IMG/VR virus record: IMGVR_UViG_3300020045_018139
Location: 1-27,078 of that record
Length of the DNA stretch: 27,078 bases
Source: a virus
Taxonomy: Duplodnaviria > Caudoviricetes
Direction: 5' to 3' (one strand)
The notes under the pieces were generated by a model. The model worked only from the letters and a program-made list of their open reading frames with translations, did not search any database and had not been told where the DNA came from. The position numbers were made by a program, and so were the translations under genes. Shown in pieces: positions 1-8,128 of this stretch. How positions within the stretch are numbered: the first letter of the stretch is position 1; every line of letters begins with the position of its first letter.

Positions 1-201
1 GATTAATAGCCAGTTATGGTATTAACCGGGGACCGTTACCCCGGCTGGCACAATAGGTTGTAACACAAATTTTAACCAATTAACACAAATTACCATGAAA
101 TATGTAATAACTTTTCAGGACGTCAAAGAACTTTCTATCTGAGAAACTAAACCGGGAAACATAGCCGGGAAAGAAAGAATGTTACCACTGTGATAACGAT
201 G

Positions 202-209
202 CAAAGATA
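202..209 (-). promoter_or_regulatory. Bacteroidetes-type -7 promoter element (TATCTTTG), leftward
   Basis: CAAAGATA on + is TATCTTTG on -, matching the TAnnTTTG consensus seen repeatedly on + elsewhere in the window; its target gene is not evident. Confidence 0.45.
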
Positions 210-1360
210 TAATCGTTGAAATACCAATGTCAAATTTCTATAACTTCCTGATACACAATTAGTTATCCGCATTTTTTCGAAGGTAACATATTGATACACA
301 ATACGTTACGCTCAAAATAACTGTTTGAAAATAAATATTTTTTAATTGCTGTTGCATACGATAACTACCTATATATAAGATAGTTACCTGATAAAATATT
401 TTTAATAAATTCTGTAAATAACGGATATCGCCAGCTAACAGAAATAAAAATACCAATAAAAGTGCATTATATTGCACGTAACAAGTTAGCCCACAATAGC
501 AGTGCACAGCTACACGACCAGCTAAGGGAAATAAGGCTATTTGATGCCATTTATAGTAAGAAGTAATAAAGAGAAGTAAGCAAATAGGTTAAACAGAATG
601 TTTTTCGTCCGACAAATGGACGGCAAACAGGCGGAATGTTCACATAATCAGGACGTTAACACATAAACAGGGGTGTAATAGGAAAAGTTGCCTGTTATAA
701 GGGGTAAATGTACCCTTTGAGTTCACACGTCACAACGTCCTGATACTCAGCACGTTATCCTCGATTTTTCGGCTTTTCCCTCCATATATAGGAGTCTGGC
801 AAAAATACCCCAAAAAATTGGTATTGATAATCAGATACTTATCATTAAAGGAACTGTTCGTTTAGGTTAATTGGCTTTCTTATGACCGATCAACTTATAG
901 GAATACTTATCTGCCGTCCTGATTGATAGGTAGTTATGACCGGGGCCGGGTAAGTAGAATCGAATCGGGGGAAGCAACCACGCCCCGCGATATATATCAT
1001 TAAGTCCCCCTATCCCGAACCCGGCATACACAACTACTTATACATCAGATATTTATCACAACAACATCTTGTTCTTACAAGATCTTGTTACACTATTACC
1101 TTGATCACTCATAAAACCATATAATTACTGGATTTACCAACTCACGAATAGAATATCCCCTTTTCGCCCACCCCCGCCTATGTAAAACCGCATTTGTATG
1201 CAGTATAAGTGCATATAGCAACATACTGATTATCAGCAATAATTTTTTGGTTTGTCTCCAAAATCACGGGGAAAACACTTTTATTGGCCACAGGTACCTG
1301 TTGGGTAAAAAAGTAGGGCAAATACTTGACAGATTCTCTGCCGATGCAGGTGAAATCGAA

Positions 1361-1430
1361 AGTAATGTTAAATAAACCGCATTTTATTTAACATTACTGC
1401 ATTGATTTCGGATAAAATGGTGTATCTTTG
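1361..1430 (+). promoter_or_regulatory. Operator-like inverted repeat plus -7 promoter upstream of thyA
   Basis: Perfect 16-bp IR AGTAATGTTAAATAAA-N6-TTTATTTAACATTACT (1361-1398); TATCTTTG at 1423-1430; ATG at 1448. Confidence 0.75.
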
Positions 1431-1447
1431 CAGCTAAAATTAAAGTT

Positions 1448-2479
1448 ATGAAAAACTACTTGTCACTTTTACGGTCTGTGTTGACCGATGGCGTACAAAA
1501 ACCGAGTGGGCGCAAGAACATGCCGGATGTCTTGGGGTTGACTCACGGGACAATAGAAATGGATTTAAGGGATGGGTTCCCGCTACTCACAACAAAGAAG
1601 ATGTTCTATCGTGGGATCATCGAGGAGTTGTTGTGGATTGTAAGGGGAGAAACTAATATAAAATCGCTGGTCGATGCTGATTGCAATTTCTGGAACAAGG
1701 ATGCCTACGGATATTATCTGAAGCAATGTAAGATGGCCGGGTTATCCACAACTAACTCAACGATGGAGGACTTTGTAAGTTTCATTAAGGGTCACGATGT
1801 ACTTGGGGAGCTATTTATACCGGAAGCTAATTATCGGATGGGTGATCTTGGACCTGTATATGGGCATCAGTGGCGCAACCAGAACGGTGTAGATCAGCTG
1901 AGGGATGTGTATGATGCGATTATGCAAAATCCTTATGGCCGGTATAAAATCATCGATGCGTGGAACAAAAAGGATTTCCCGTCCATGGCTCTCCCTCCGT
2001 GCCATATACTGTACCAATTCCTGGTTGAACCAATACCTATCGATGTTCGAAAAGCTATATATAGCCAAACTGCCAAATCTGAGGTATTTCACCTCAGCCT
2101 ATCTCATGAAGATTTGGACGATTTGCTTGTTCCTAGATACTATCTTGATCTGAACATGTATCAACGGTCTTGCGATATGGTTCTTGGGGTTCCGTTCAAT
2201 ATCGCTTCCATGGCTTTTTTATTGAAGATAATGGCTAAGGCTACAAATGCCGTGGCTAGGAATTGTTTCTGGGTTGGGGGTCATTGCGATATATATATGG
2301 AGCATATACCTGCTGTGGAGGAGCAATTGTCAAGGGAGTGCTCGGATTTGCCCAGTGTTAGGATAACTAAGAATATTTCTTCGTTCGAGGATATCCTTAG
2401 CTTGCAGTTTGATGATTTCGAAGTTTTAGGGTACAGTCCTGCACCTGCAATAAAAGCTGAACTATTTACCGGGTTGTAG
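1448..2479 (+). CDS. thyA: Thymidylate synthase (ThyA family) with insertions
   Basis: Motifs GFPLLTTKK, ELLW, GDLGPVYGHQWR, catalytic LPPCH, YQRSCD.LGVPFNIAS. Confidence 0.95.
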   Translation: MKNYLSLLRSVLTDGVQKPSGRKNMPDVLGLTHGTIEMDLRDGFPLLTTKKMFYRGIIEELLWIVRGETNIKSLVDADCNFWNKDAYGYYLKQCKMAGLSTTNSTMEDFVSFIKGHDVLGELFIPEANYRMGDLGPVYGHQWRNQNGVDQLRDVYDAIMQNPYGRYKIIDAWNKKDFPSMALPPCHILYQFLVEPIPIDVRKAIYSQTAKSEVFHLSLSHEDLDDLLVPRYYLDLNMYQRSCDMVLGVPFNIASMAFLLKIMAKATNAVARNCFWVGGHCDIYMEHIPAVEEQLSRECSDLPSVRITKNISSFEDILSLQFDDFEVLGYSPAPAIKAELFTGL

Positions 2480-2480
2480 T

Positions 2481-2858
2481 ATGGAGAAAGTGGAAAGAAG
2501 TCAATTTGTGAAAAACCTCTGGTTGTGGAAGTGTGGACAACCAGAGGTGGAGTTGTCTGCCAAAAAAGATAACATACTTGATATGCCTACAACGGAGTGG
2601 TCGCAAAGGTTCGAGATGTTGATGCGAAACAGGTTGTGGATGGGGGCTATTAGGTATGGGGTTATAAATGAACCTGGCAAGCCAAAATATGATTACATGA
2701 CATCCATCGTTTCCAGGGCCAAACTATATAGGCAGACCGGAAACCAAGAGCTGCTTGTGGATATAGCTAACTTATGTCTGGTTGAGTTCGAGCAAAAGGG
2801 TCATCCGCTAGCCCATTTTGAGTCTATTGATGACGGAGATCATGTTCGTGTAAAATAA
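2481..2858 (+). CDS. Hypothetical phage protein (helical; possibly MazG-like fold)
   Basis: Tightly packed after thyA; TGNQELLVDIANLCLVEF resembles the acidic helix of all-alpha NTP pyrophosphatase-like proteins; function weakly supported. Confidence 0.6.
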   Translation: MEKVERSQFVKNLWLWKCGQPEVELSAKKDNILDMPTTEWSQRFEMLMRNRLWMGAIRYGVINEPGKPKYDYMTSIVSRAKLYRQTGNQELLVDIANLCLVEFEQKGHPLAHFESIDDGDHVRVK

Positions 2859-2888
2859 TTTTATCATTTAGCTAACAATCAGAATACG

Positions 2889-3356
2889 ATGTTCGAAAAA
2901 TTCGTGACAACAAAAAATGGCGGACCGGCCATGCTTTTTTCTGACGGAACAATAGTCGGTAAAGGTGAATATTGCTATCTGGTACATCAAAACAATACGA
3001 AGGTTGCTATATTCCTTATCAGATGGGATCGCAAACTACCCATCAAGTGTAGAAGGCATCCTGACGGGCTGTGCTGGTGGACGAGCCATGAGGATCTCAC
3101 TCCGATCAAGCTTGTTACCCAAGGTGAGCGCCCGGTTAAACCCCCGGTCAAGCCCACATTGGGACTTCTTCCCAGGACTATCTACGAGGATAACGAACGT
3201 GCTGCAAGGTTTATGGCTGTGCGTGGGGCTATTGTTAATCGTATGGAGATGTTGATGGAGATTGATCCTATGTGGGTGGATGAGTATAATTCATTACTTC
3301 CTAAACTTAATAAGGAGCACGTTATGGGATTTAGGAGGGAGTTGGATAATATTTAA
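2889..3356 (+). CDS. Hypothetical protein
   Basis: 155-aa ORF in operon-like packing. Confidence 0.7.
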   Translation: MFEKFVTTKNGGPAMLFSDGTIVGKGEYCYLVHQNNTKVAIFLIRWDRKLPIKCRRHPDGLCWWTSHEDLTPIKLVTQGERPVKPPVKPTLGLLPRTIYEDNERAARFMAVRGAIVNRMEMLMEIDPMWVDEYNSLLPKLNKEHVMGFRRELDNI

Positions 3357-3377
3357 TAGTTCTTAGCTGGCAGTAAA

Positions 3378-3602
3378 ATGAGAAATTACAAATCACTAAT
3401 CAATGGTGCGTACAAGGACAGCGAGAACCTACAATCGAAGTGTTCAGTTATGGCAGAAATGCTGCAACCTTACTTTCCCGAGGATATATCGGTATTCATA
3501 CAACCCTCTGATGGCCTGGTAGTTCTTCACGGAGATATGACGAACTCCCCAATTTGCGATGTTTTGTATAACATAGCTACTAACCCTAATTATTATCTTT
3601 AA
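3378..3602 (+). CDS. Hypothetical protein
   Basis: 74-aa ORF, A-rich region before ATG, co-oriented. Confidence 0.65.
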   Translation: MRNYKSLINGAYKDSENLQSKCSVMAEMLQPYFPEDISVFIQPSDGLVVLHGDMTNSPICDVLYNIATNPNYYL

Positions 3603-3604
3603 CC

Positions 3605-3853
3605 ATGAAAACAGCAGAACGAATTTATAAAGAAGAACGCAAAAAGTGGTTTTTGGATAAACCTCCATACAGCTTGGGTATGCTTGCTTCATCATTCCAT
3701 ATCGAAGCTATGCACATATACGGGCGACAGTGTTTTGAGGCGGGGCGTGAAACCAAAATGGACCCCGATTTTGATCCTGCGTTATCCGACGAAATGGATA
3801 TGTTTATAAGCAAATACGATAATTACGAACAGTGTAAAAACGAACTGAAATGA
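3605..3853 (+). CDS. Hypothetical protein
   Basis: 82-aa ORF; ATGA overlap with the next gene. Confidence 0.7.
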   Translation: MKTAERIYKEERKKWFLDKPPYSLGMLASSFHIEAMHIYGRQCFEAGRETKMDPDFDPALSDEMDMFISKYDNYEQCKNELK

Positions 3854-4254
3854 GATCAATTAAATTCAGAGGCAAGCGCCCAAATTCAGGCAAATGGATA
3901 TACGGACATTTATTTGCAGATGGGATGTTTGCATACATTTTGAATGCAGAATATTTCAAAGCACCGGAATGCTCATGCGAAGTATTACGCGAAACGGTCG
4001 GGCAATTCACAGGTCTGCACGATATGGCCGGGAACGAAATATACGAGGGTGATATTCTGTACTATTCGGAGCATCCGAAATACATTTTGCCGTCCTGCAA
4101 TATGATAGTTTGCTGGGATGATGATAACGCCTGTTTTGGTTACAAAATGGATAGTTTGAATGATTTTTTCAGGTCATTCAATGACCATGACGAATTGAAA
4201 TATGATGTATTAGATCACTGCGAACTAACAGGAAATATTCACGATAATAAATAA
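3850..4254 (+). CDS. YopX family protein (copy 1)
   Basis: MRSIKFRGK..W.YG; TVGQFTGLHD..G.EIYEGDI; C-terminal GNIHD. Confidence 0.9.
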   Translation: MRSIKFRGKRPNSGKWIYGHLFADGMFAYILNAEYFKAPECSCEVLRETVGQFTGLHDMAGNEIYEGDILYYSEHPKYILPSCNMIVCWDDDNACFGYKMDSLNDFFRSFNDHDELKYDVLDHCELTGNIHDNK

Positions 4255-4259
4255 CCCCA

Positions 4260-4583
4260 ATGAACAAACAACAATTTACCACAATCACCGACTGGCAGAA
4301 CAAGACCTTCCCAACCGCTACGGCAAGATCCGCGACCGAACACCTGCGCGAAGAAGTCGAAGAACTAGCCGACGATTTACGGTGCAAGTCGGGCAGCGTA
4401 GCAAAAGAGATTGCCGACTGTTTTATACTGCTTTACGCTATCGCCCACAAGTGCGGGTTGGATTACGAAACGCTAACCCAGGCGATTGATGAGAAAATGA
4501 ATATCAACTACGCAAGGAAATGGCAAAAGCCAGCGGGGAACGGAGTTATTAACCATGTAAGAAACGAAGATGAAAACATTTAA
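4260..4583 (+). CDS. DUF550/MazG-like dNTP pyrophosphohydrolase (copy 1)
   Basis: W..KTF; HLREEVEEL; EIADCFILL; KM.IN..RKW. Confidence 0.8.
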   Translation: MNKQQFTTITDWQNKTFPTATARSATEHLREEVEELADDLRCKSGSVAKEIADCFILLYAIAHKCGLDYETLTQAIDEKMNINYARKWQKPAGNGVINHVRNEDENI

Positions 4584-4959
4584 AGAAGTCGCACACCTGT
4601 ATGTGGGGTGCAAGGTAATGCGGCCAGACAATAAAACGGTATTGCAGTACATTGGGGTTCAAGGGAACGTGCTAATATTTCAAGAAAAGGATAATATTGA
4701 GCAAACATATGGCAATGTTAATAAATGTAAACCCATGCTTTACCCTTTGTCCTCGATGAGTAAAGAGCAGATGAAAGATATAATTGATATTGGTGAGCAT
4801 GTTTGCAATTTATGCGGATCAATCGAGGCCTTTGTTGCAGGATGGCGAGCATTCGGCCCATCCACATTCGATTACCTCCTATCACAATCATTCGATTTAT
4901 TCCAGTTGATCGAAAACGGGGAGGCAATAGACGGGAGTAAGGAGGTGAACAATGGATAA
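4570..4959 (+). CDS. Hypothetical phage protein
   Basis: 129-aa ORF overlapping both neighbours; KP.LYPLSSM and FDLF.LIE.G.AI resemble Bacteroidetes phage hypotheticals. Confidence 0.75.
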   Translation: MKTFKEVAHLYVGCKVMRPDNKTVLQYIGVQGNVLIFQEKDNIEQTYGNVNKCKPMLYPLSSMSKEQMKDIIDIGEHVCNLCGSIEAFVAGWRAFGPSTFDYLLSQSFDLFQLIENGEAIDGSKEVNNG

Positions 4960-5170
4960 GAAGAACTACCAACTCGAAAGCCTGACAGCCGTATATATTC
5001 AGGATGCCGACTGTCAGGCAGAACACGATGCACAAAACACGATTGAAATACATTCAGAGGCGATTAGTTTTGAAATGGATTTTCTAACGATCAAGACAGA
5101 CCGATGGAGTTTCGATTCACCGGAAGAATTTACAGAACTATTAAACGATTTTAAAAGCAAGTTGAAATGA
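4952..5170 (+). CDS. Hypothetical protein
   Basis: 72-aa acidic ORF with coupled overlaps. Confidence 0.7.
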   Translation: MDKKNYQLESLTAVYIQDADCQAEHDAQNTIEIHSEAISFEMDFLTIKTDRWSFDSPEEFTELLNDFKSKLK

Positions 5171-5424
5171 CCGAAACCCCACTACACGACCTCCTGCAAG
5201 ACATCCACACCTTACTCGCTGCACTACCGATCACGATGGAAAAGTATTCGCCTATTTCCGCGCTGCTACTGGATGCTAAAAAGATGGCCCGTAACCACAT
5301 TGAGCTGGAGGGCAAGATAGAAGATTGGATCGAAGAAGTGGAATTCGACTCCGAGTTCTACCCGCAAAAGTGTGCCGGTAAAATGGAAATAATAAATAAA
5401 GTGAGAACAATTCTAACTCAGTAA
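5167..5424 (+). CDS. Hypothetical protein
   Basis: 85-aa ORF, ATGA overlap. Confidence 0.7.
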   Translation: MTETPLHDLLQDIHTLLAALPITMEKYSPISALLLDAKKMARNHIELEGKIEDWIEEVEFDSEFYPQKCAGKMEIINKVRTILTQ

Positions 5425-5430
5425 ACCATC

Positions 5431-5682
5431 ATGACACAAAAAGAAATTGAAAGCATTAGCTTAGATATTACACTACTAATGCAGACCATACTGGACGTAT
5501 CCGCAACATCCGAAGAGACGGCAAATAAAGCCATAACATTTGCTATGCAATTTTTGAAAAATAATCCAAAAATAAAAGAGCATGTCGGAGAACTGATTGG
5601 GTCTTATAGCGCGGATGACCCAAACATGGATTTCTTGTGGGACATACATATAGAATGGCTTAAAAACTGGGACAAATCATGA
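5431..5682 (+). CDS. Hypothetical protein
   Basis: 83-aa ORF, ATGA overlap with the next gene. Confidence 0.7.
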   Translation: MTQKEIESISLDITLLMQTILDVSATSEETANKAITFAMQFLKNNPKIKEHVGELIGSYSADDPNMDFLWDIHIEWLKNWDKS

Positions 5683-6029
5683 GAGACATAAAATTCAGGG
5701 GCCGACGAATAGATGGCGGGCAGTGGGTGTATGGGTACTACGTAGTGGACCCGTTGGGTCGTAGCAGGATTTATTGCAAGCCTTTCCCTAAAGCTTCGAG
5801 CAATACCTATTATATGGTGGACCCGGAGACGGTGGGGCAATTTATCGGACTGAAGGACCAGGTTGAATCCGACATATACGAAGGAGACAGGTGCATGACA
5901 GATGCAGGTAATATTGTTTCATTTGAGTATAAAAACGGAATGTTTGTAGTTGTACACAATGAACACTGGTACGAGTCTGCAGCAAAGATGGCCTATTGGT
6001 GTAAAGTAATTGGAAACATTCACGAATAA
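5679..6029 (+). CDS. YopX family protein (copy 2)
   Basis: MRDIKFRGR..WVYG; VDPETVGQFIGLKD..IYEGD; C-terminal VIGNIHE. Confidence 0.9.
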   Translation: MRDIKFRGRRIDGGQWVYGYYVVDPLGRSRIYCKPFPKASSNTYYMVDPETVGQFIGLKDQVESDIYEGDRCMTDAGNIVSFEYKNGMFVVVHNEHWYESAAKMAYWCKVIGNIHE

Positions 6030-6039
6030 TTTAAAATCA

Positions 6040-6471
6040 ATGAACAAAAAACAATTTGAAGAAGTAACCAAGTGGCAGGACAAGACTTTCACTCATACTA
6101 CGGCTACATCGTTGCTGGAGCATTTAAAACAGGAGGTGGACGAACTGTTGGAGTCTGTCGAAAGGGTGGACGGGATGCATGAATCGGAGATGTCCGATTG
6201 CCTTATTCTTCTATTCGGGGTGGCAAACAAGCTGGGTATGGATTATGGGGCATTAGCTCGCAGTGTGGATGGCAAGATGGTCATCAACAAGGGTAGAACC
6301 TGGCAGAAACCAAAAGAAAACGGAGTTGTGAACCATGTAAAAGAAGCCTTGGATTGTATCTCCTGCAGTGTTTGTTTTAGGTCCTATCCATCAAGTGGGA
6401 GATTAATGTGCGGCATACGCCAAGCAACTGTGGCCGAAAACGGACTTTGCGCTTTATTCCTCAAACGATGA
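6040..6471 (+). CDS. DUF550/MazG-like pyrophosphohydrolase (copy 2) with Cys-rich C-terminal extension
   Basis: Start reassigned to ATG 6040 (MNKKQF) by homology to copy 1; HLKQEVDEL, EMSDCLILL; tail CISCSVC..C..C. Confidence 0.8.
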   Translation: MNKKQFEEVTKWQDKTFTHTTATSLLEHLKQEVDELLESVERVDGMHESEMSDCLILLFGVANKLGMDYGALARSVDGKMVINKGRTWQKPKENGVVNHVKEALDCISCSVCFRSYPSSGRLMCGIRQATVAENGLCALFLKR

Positions 6472-6608
6472 GCTTCTACGTACCGTTTATCTTCTTCGCT
6501 ATCGGATACGCGACGTGCATGATCGCCATGCGCAAAATGATCCGGGAAATTACCCTTAAAGAAAAACATATCAAACGCCTAATCGACAAACAAAATGAAG
6601 GACATTAA
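6468..6608 (+). CDS. Small membrane protein
   Basis: Start reassigned to ATG 6468 (ATGA overlap); N-terminal hydrophobic helix, basic tail; 46 aa. Confidence 0.6.
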   Translation: MSFYVPFIFFAIGYATCMIAMRKMIREITLKEKHIKRLIDKQNEGH

Positions 6609-6777
6609 TTATTGCGAGTCGTGCTCAAACGACAAATCGTGCCATCGCTGCAACGATAACAGCGAGTTCGTGGATAAGCCCGAACCGATCATATTGGTAA
6701 TAATATATGTATGCGCCGCCATATTCGCCGTATCCGTAATCGTCCACTTCACCTTATCCCTGATGTATGAAAAATAA
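6595..6777 (+). CDS. Small Cys-rich membrane protein
   Basis: CxxC..CxxC followed by a hydrophobic helix. Confidence 0.6.
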   Translation: MKDINYCESCSNDKSCHRCNDNSEFVDKPEPIILVIIYVCAAIFAVSVIVHFTLSLMYEK

Positions 6778-7342
6778 GATATTCATGTTCGATGTTGAAA
6801 CCACTGGTTTGGATCCAAAAGTAAACGCTATCCACCAGCTGTCCGGGGCTATCATTGTCGATGGCAAAATAGAACACAGGTTCAATTATCATATTAAGCC
6901 ATTCCAGGGCGCTGTTGTAGAGCAGGTAGCTTTGGACGTATCTGGAGTAACAGCTCAACAGATCCAATCCTATGATGATCCCAGGGTCGTGTACCAGGAC
7001 CTGATAGCTGTCATCAGTAGATTTGTTGACAGGTACGACAAGAAGGACAAAATGTTCCTGGCCGGCTATAATAACGCGAGTTTCGACAATCAGTTCCTGC
7101 GCAGTATGTTTGAGCGTAACGGGGATAAATATTTCGGTAGTTATTTCTGGTCTTCTCCATTAGACGTGTTCATCCTGGCAAGTTTCAAGCTGATGAAAAT
7201 GCGCCACATCATGCCCGACTTCAAACTGAAAACTGTGGCAGAAGCGTTTGGCATAACCATAGAAGAGAATAAGCTACATTCGGCTGACTACGATATCGAT
7301 TTAACCATTCAGATCATGAACAGTATCGGTAATTTTGATTAA
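6767..7342 (+). CDS. DEDDh 3'-5' exonuclease (DNA pol III epsilon-like)
   Basis: Exo I FDVETTG, Exo II GYNNASFD, Exo III HSADYD. Confidence 0.92.
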   Translation: MKNKIFMFDVETTGLDPKVNAIHQLSGAIIVDGKIEHRFNYHIKPFQGAVVEQVALDVSGVTAQQIQSYDDPRVVYQDLIAVISRFVDRYDKKDKMFLAGYNNASFDNQFLRSMFERNGDKYFGSYFWSSPLDVFILASFKLMKMRHIMPDFKLKTVAEAFGITIEENKLHSADYDIDLTIQIMNSIGNFD

Positions 7343-7343
7343 A

Positions 7344-7408
7344 TGTTAAATAAATGCCACTTTATTTAACAATGGTAGTATCAATACAGAAATAATGTCG
7401 TATATTTG
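7344..7408 (+). promoter_or_regulatory. Operator-like IR plus -7 promoter (copy 2)
   Basis: TGTTAAATAAA-N6-TTTATTTAACA (7344-7371); TATATTTG at 7401-7408. Confidence 0.75.
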
Positions 7409-7426
7409 CACTTCTAAACTAACACT

Positions 7427-7588
7427 ATGGAAAAGACGTATTCATTATCGGAGCTGAGGGACATCGCCTGCAAGTTTGCCATGTACTACTCTGACGAGTG
7501 CCTTGAGGTAGTTGATGAGGAAATAGAGGACAGCACCGGATTCCCTATCGAAATGACTTTTGATAAATTCCTTAAAACAGAACTTTGA
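7427..7588 (+). CDS. Small acidic hypothetical protein (53 aa, not in ORF track)
   Basis: MEKTYSLSELRDIACK...FLKTEL*; directly after the promoter; TGATG coupling to the next ORF. Confidence 0.7.
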   Translation: MEKTYSLSELRDIACKFAMYYSDECLEVVDEEIEDSTGFPIEMTFDKFLKTEL

Positions 7589-7815
7589 TGGACGTATTTG
7601 AAATTCATGTTAAACAAACCTTATTCCGCCGGCCTATGCCAGACTATAAATACCTAAACCCCAAATCACAGGGCAAGCCAAAGTTGGGAATGCGGGATAT
7701 GGATCAACGGGTTTTCTTTGAAAGACCAAAAACAAGATCGACAGTAAAATCATTTGGATACAATTATAACCCATGGGTCGAACACACCCTGGGTGGCCGA
7801 AAATATCCAGGATAA
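7588..7815 (+). CDS. Basic hypothetical protein
   Basis: ATG at 7588 overlaps the previous stop; 75 aa. Confidence 0.55.
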   Translation: MDVFEIHVKQTLFRRPMPDYKYLNPKSQGKPKLGMRDMDQRVFFERPKTRSTVKSFGYNYNPWVEHTLGGRKYPG

Positions 7816-7828
7816 TTTTTAAAGATAA

Positions 7829-8114
7829 TGGGCAATCGATGATCTCATTTGCAAGAATGTTTGGACCTGGTTTCGAATACCAGCATCTCCACCAATCTGC
7901 GCTAAGTGCGTAATCACCGGAAGTTAGGTACTATAGATGTAGATGCAAACCTTCCGGAATTGTTACAAGGGGGTGAAAGGATTTGACAGCATATCGAGGG
8001 ATGAAGGAGAAAGCCCAGGCCACATAAATGGCAAATCAATACCAATGTATACTTCCCAGCGTAAAGCTGCGTAGTGTGCCGTCTTGCCGGGGGAACGAAA
8101 TCCCCCGGTTTTTT
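7829..8114 (+). ncRNA. ssrA: Circularly permuted (two-piece) tmRNA
   Basis: GGAC-CTGGT-TTCGAAT-ACCAG-CATCTCC-A-CCA (7863-7894) precedes GGGGGTG-AAAGGATTTGAC (7969-7987); the two ends pair as a 7-bp acceptor stem with G3.U70; resume context ATAAAT-GGC, tag GKSIPMYTSQRKAA* (8030-8074); 5' boundary approximate. Confidence 0.88.
8087..8114 (+). terminator. Rho-independent terminator ending the tmRNA coding piece
   Basis: CCGGGGGA-acgaaa-TCCCCCGG followed by T6. Confidence 0.9.
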
Positions 8115-8128
8115 AATAAAATATCATT

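Noticed and set aside
26-44. GC hairpin CCGGGG-N7-CCCCGG as terminator or ncRNA
   Set aside because: No U-tract on either strand and context truncated by the window edge
259-507. 82-aa minus-strand ORF
   Set aside because: AT-rich, non-ATG start, no motif; likely spurious
7863-7894. Ordinary tRNA or attP tRNA fragment
   Set aside because: No D-arm, anticodon arm or acceptor 5' strand upstream; the matching 5' strand lies downstream with tmRNA hallmarks
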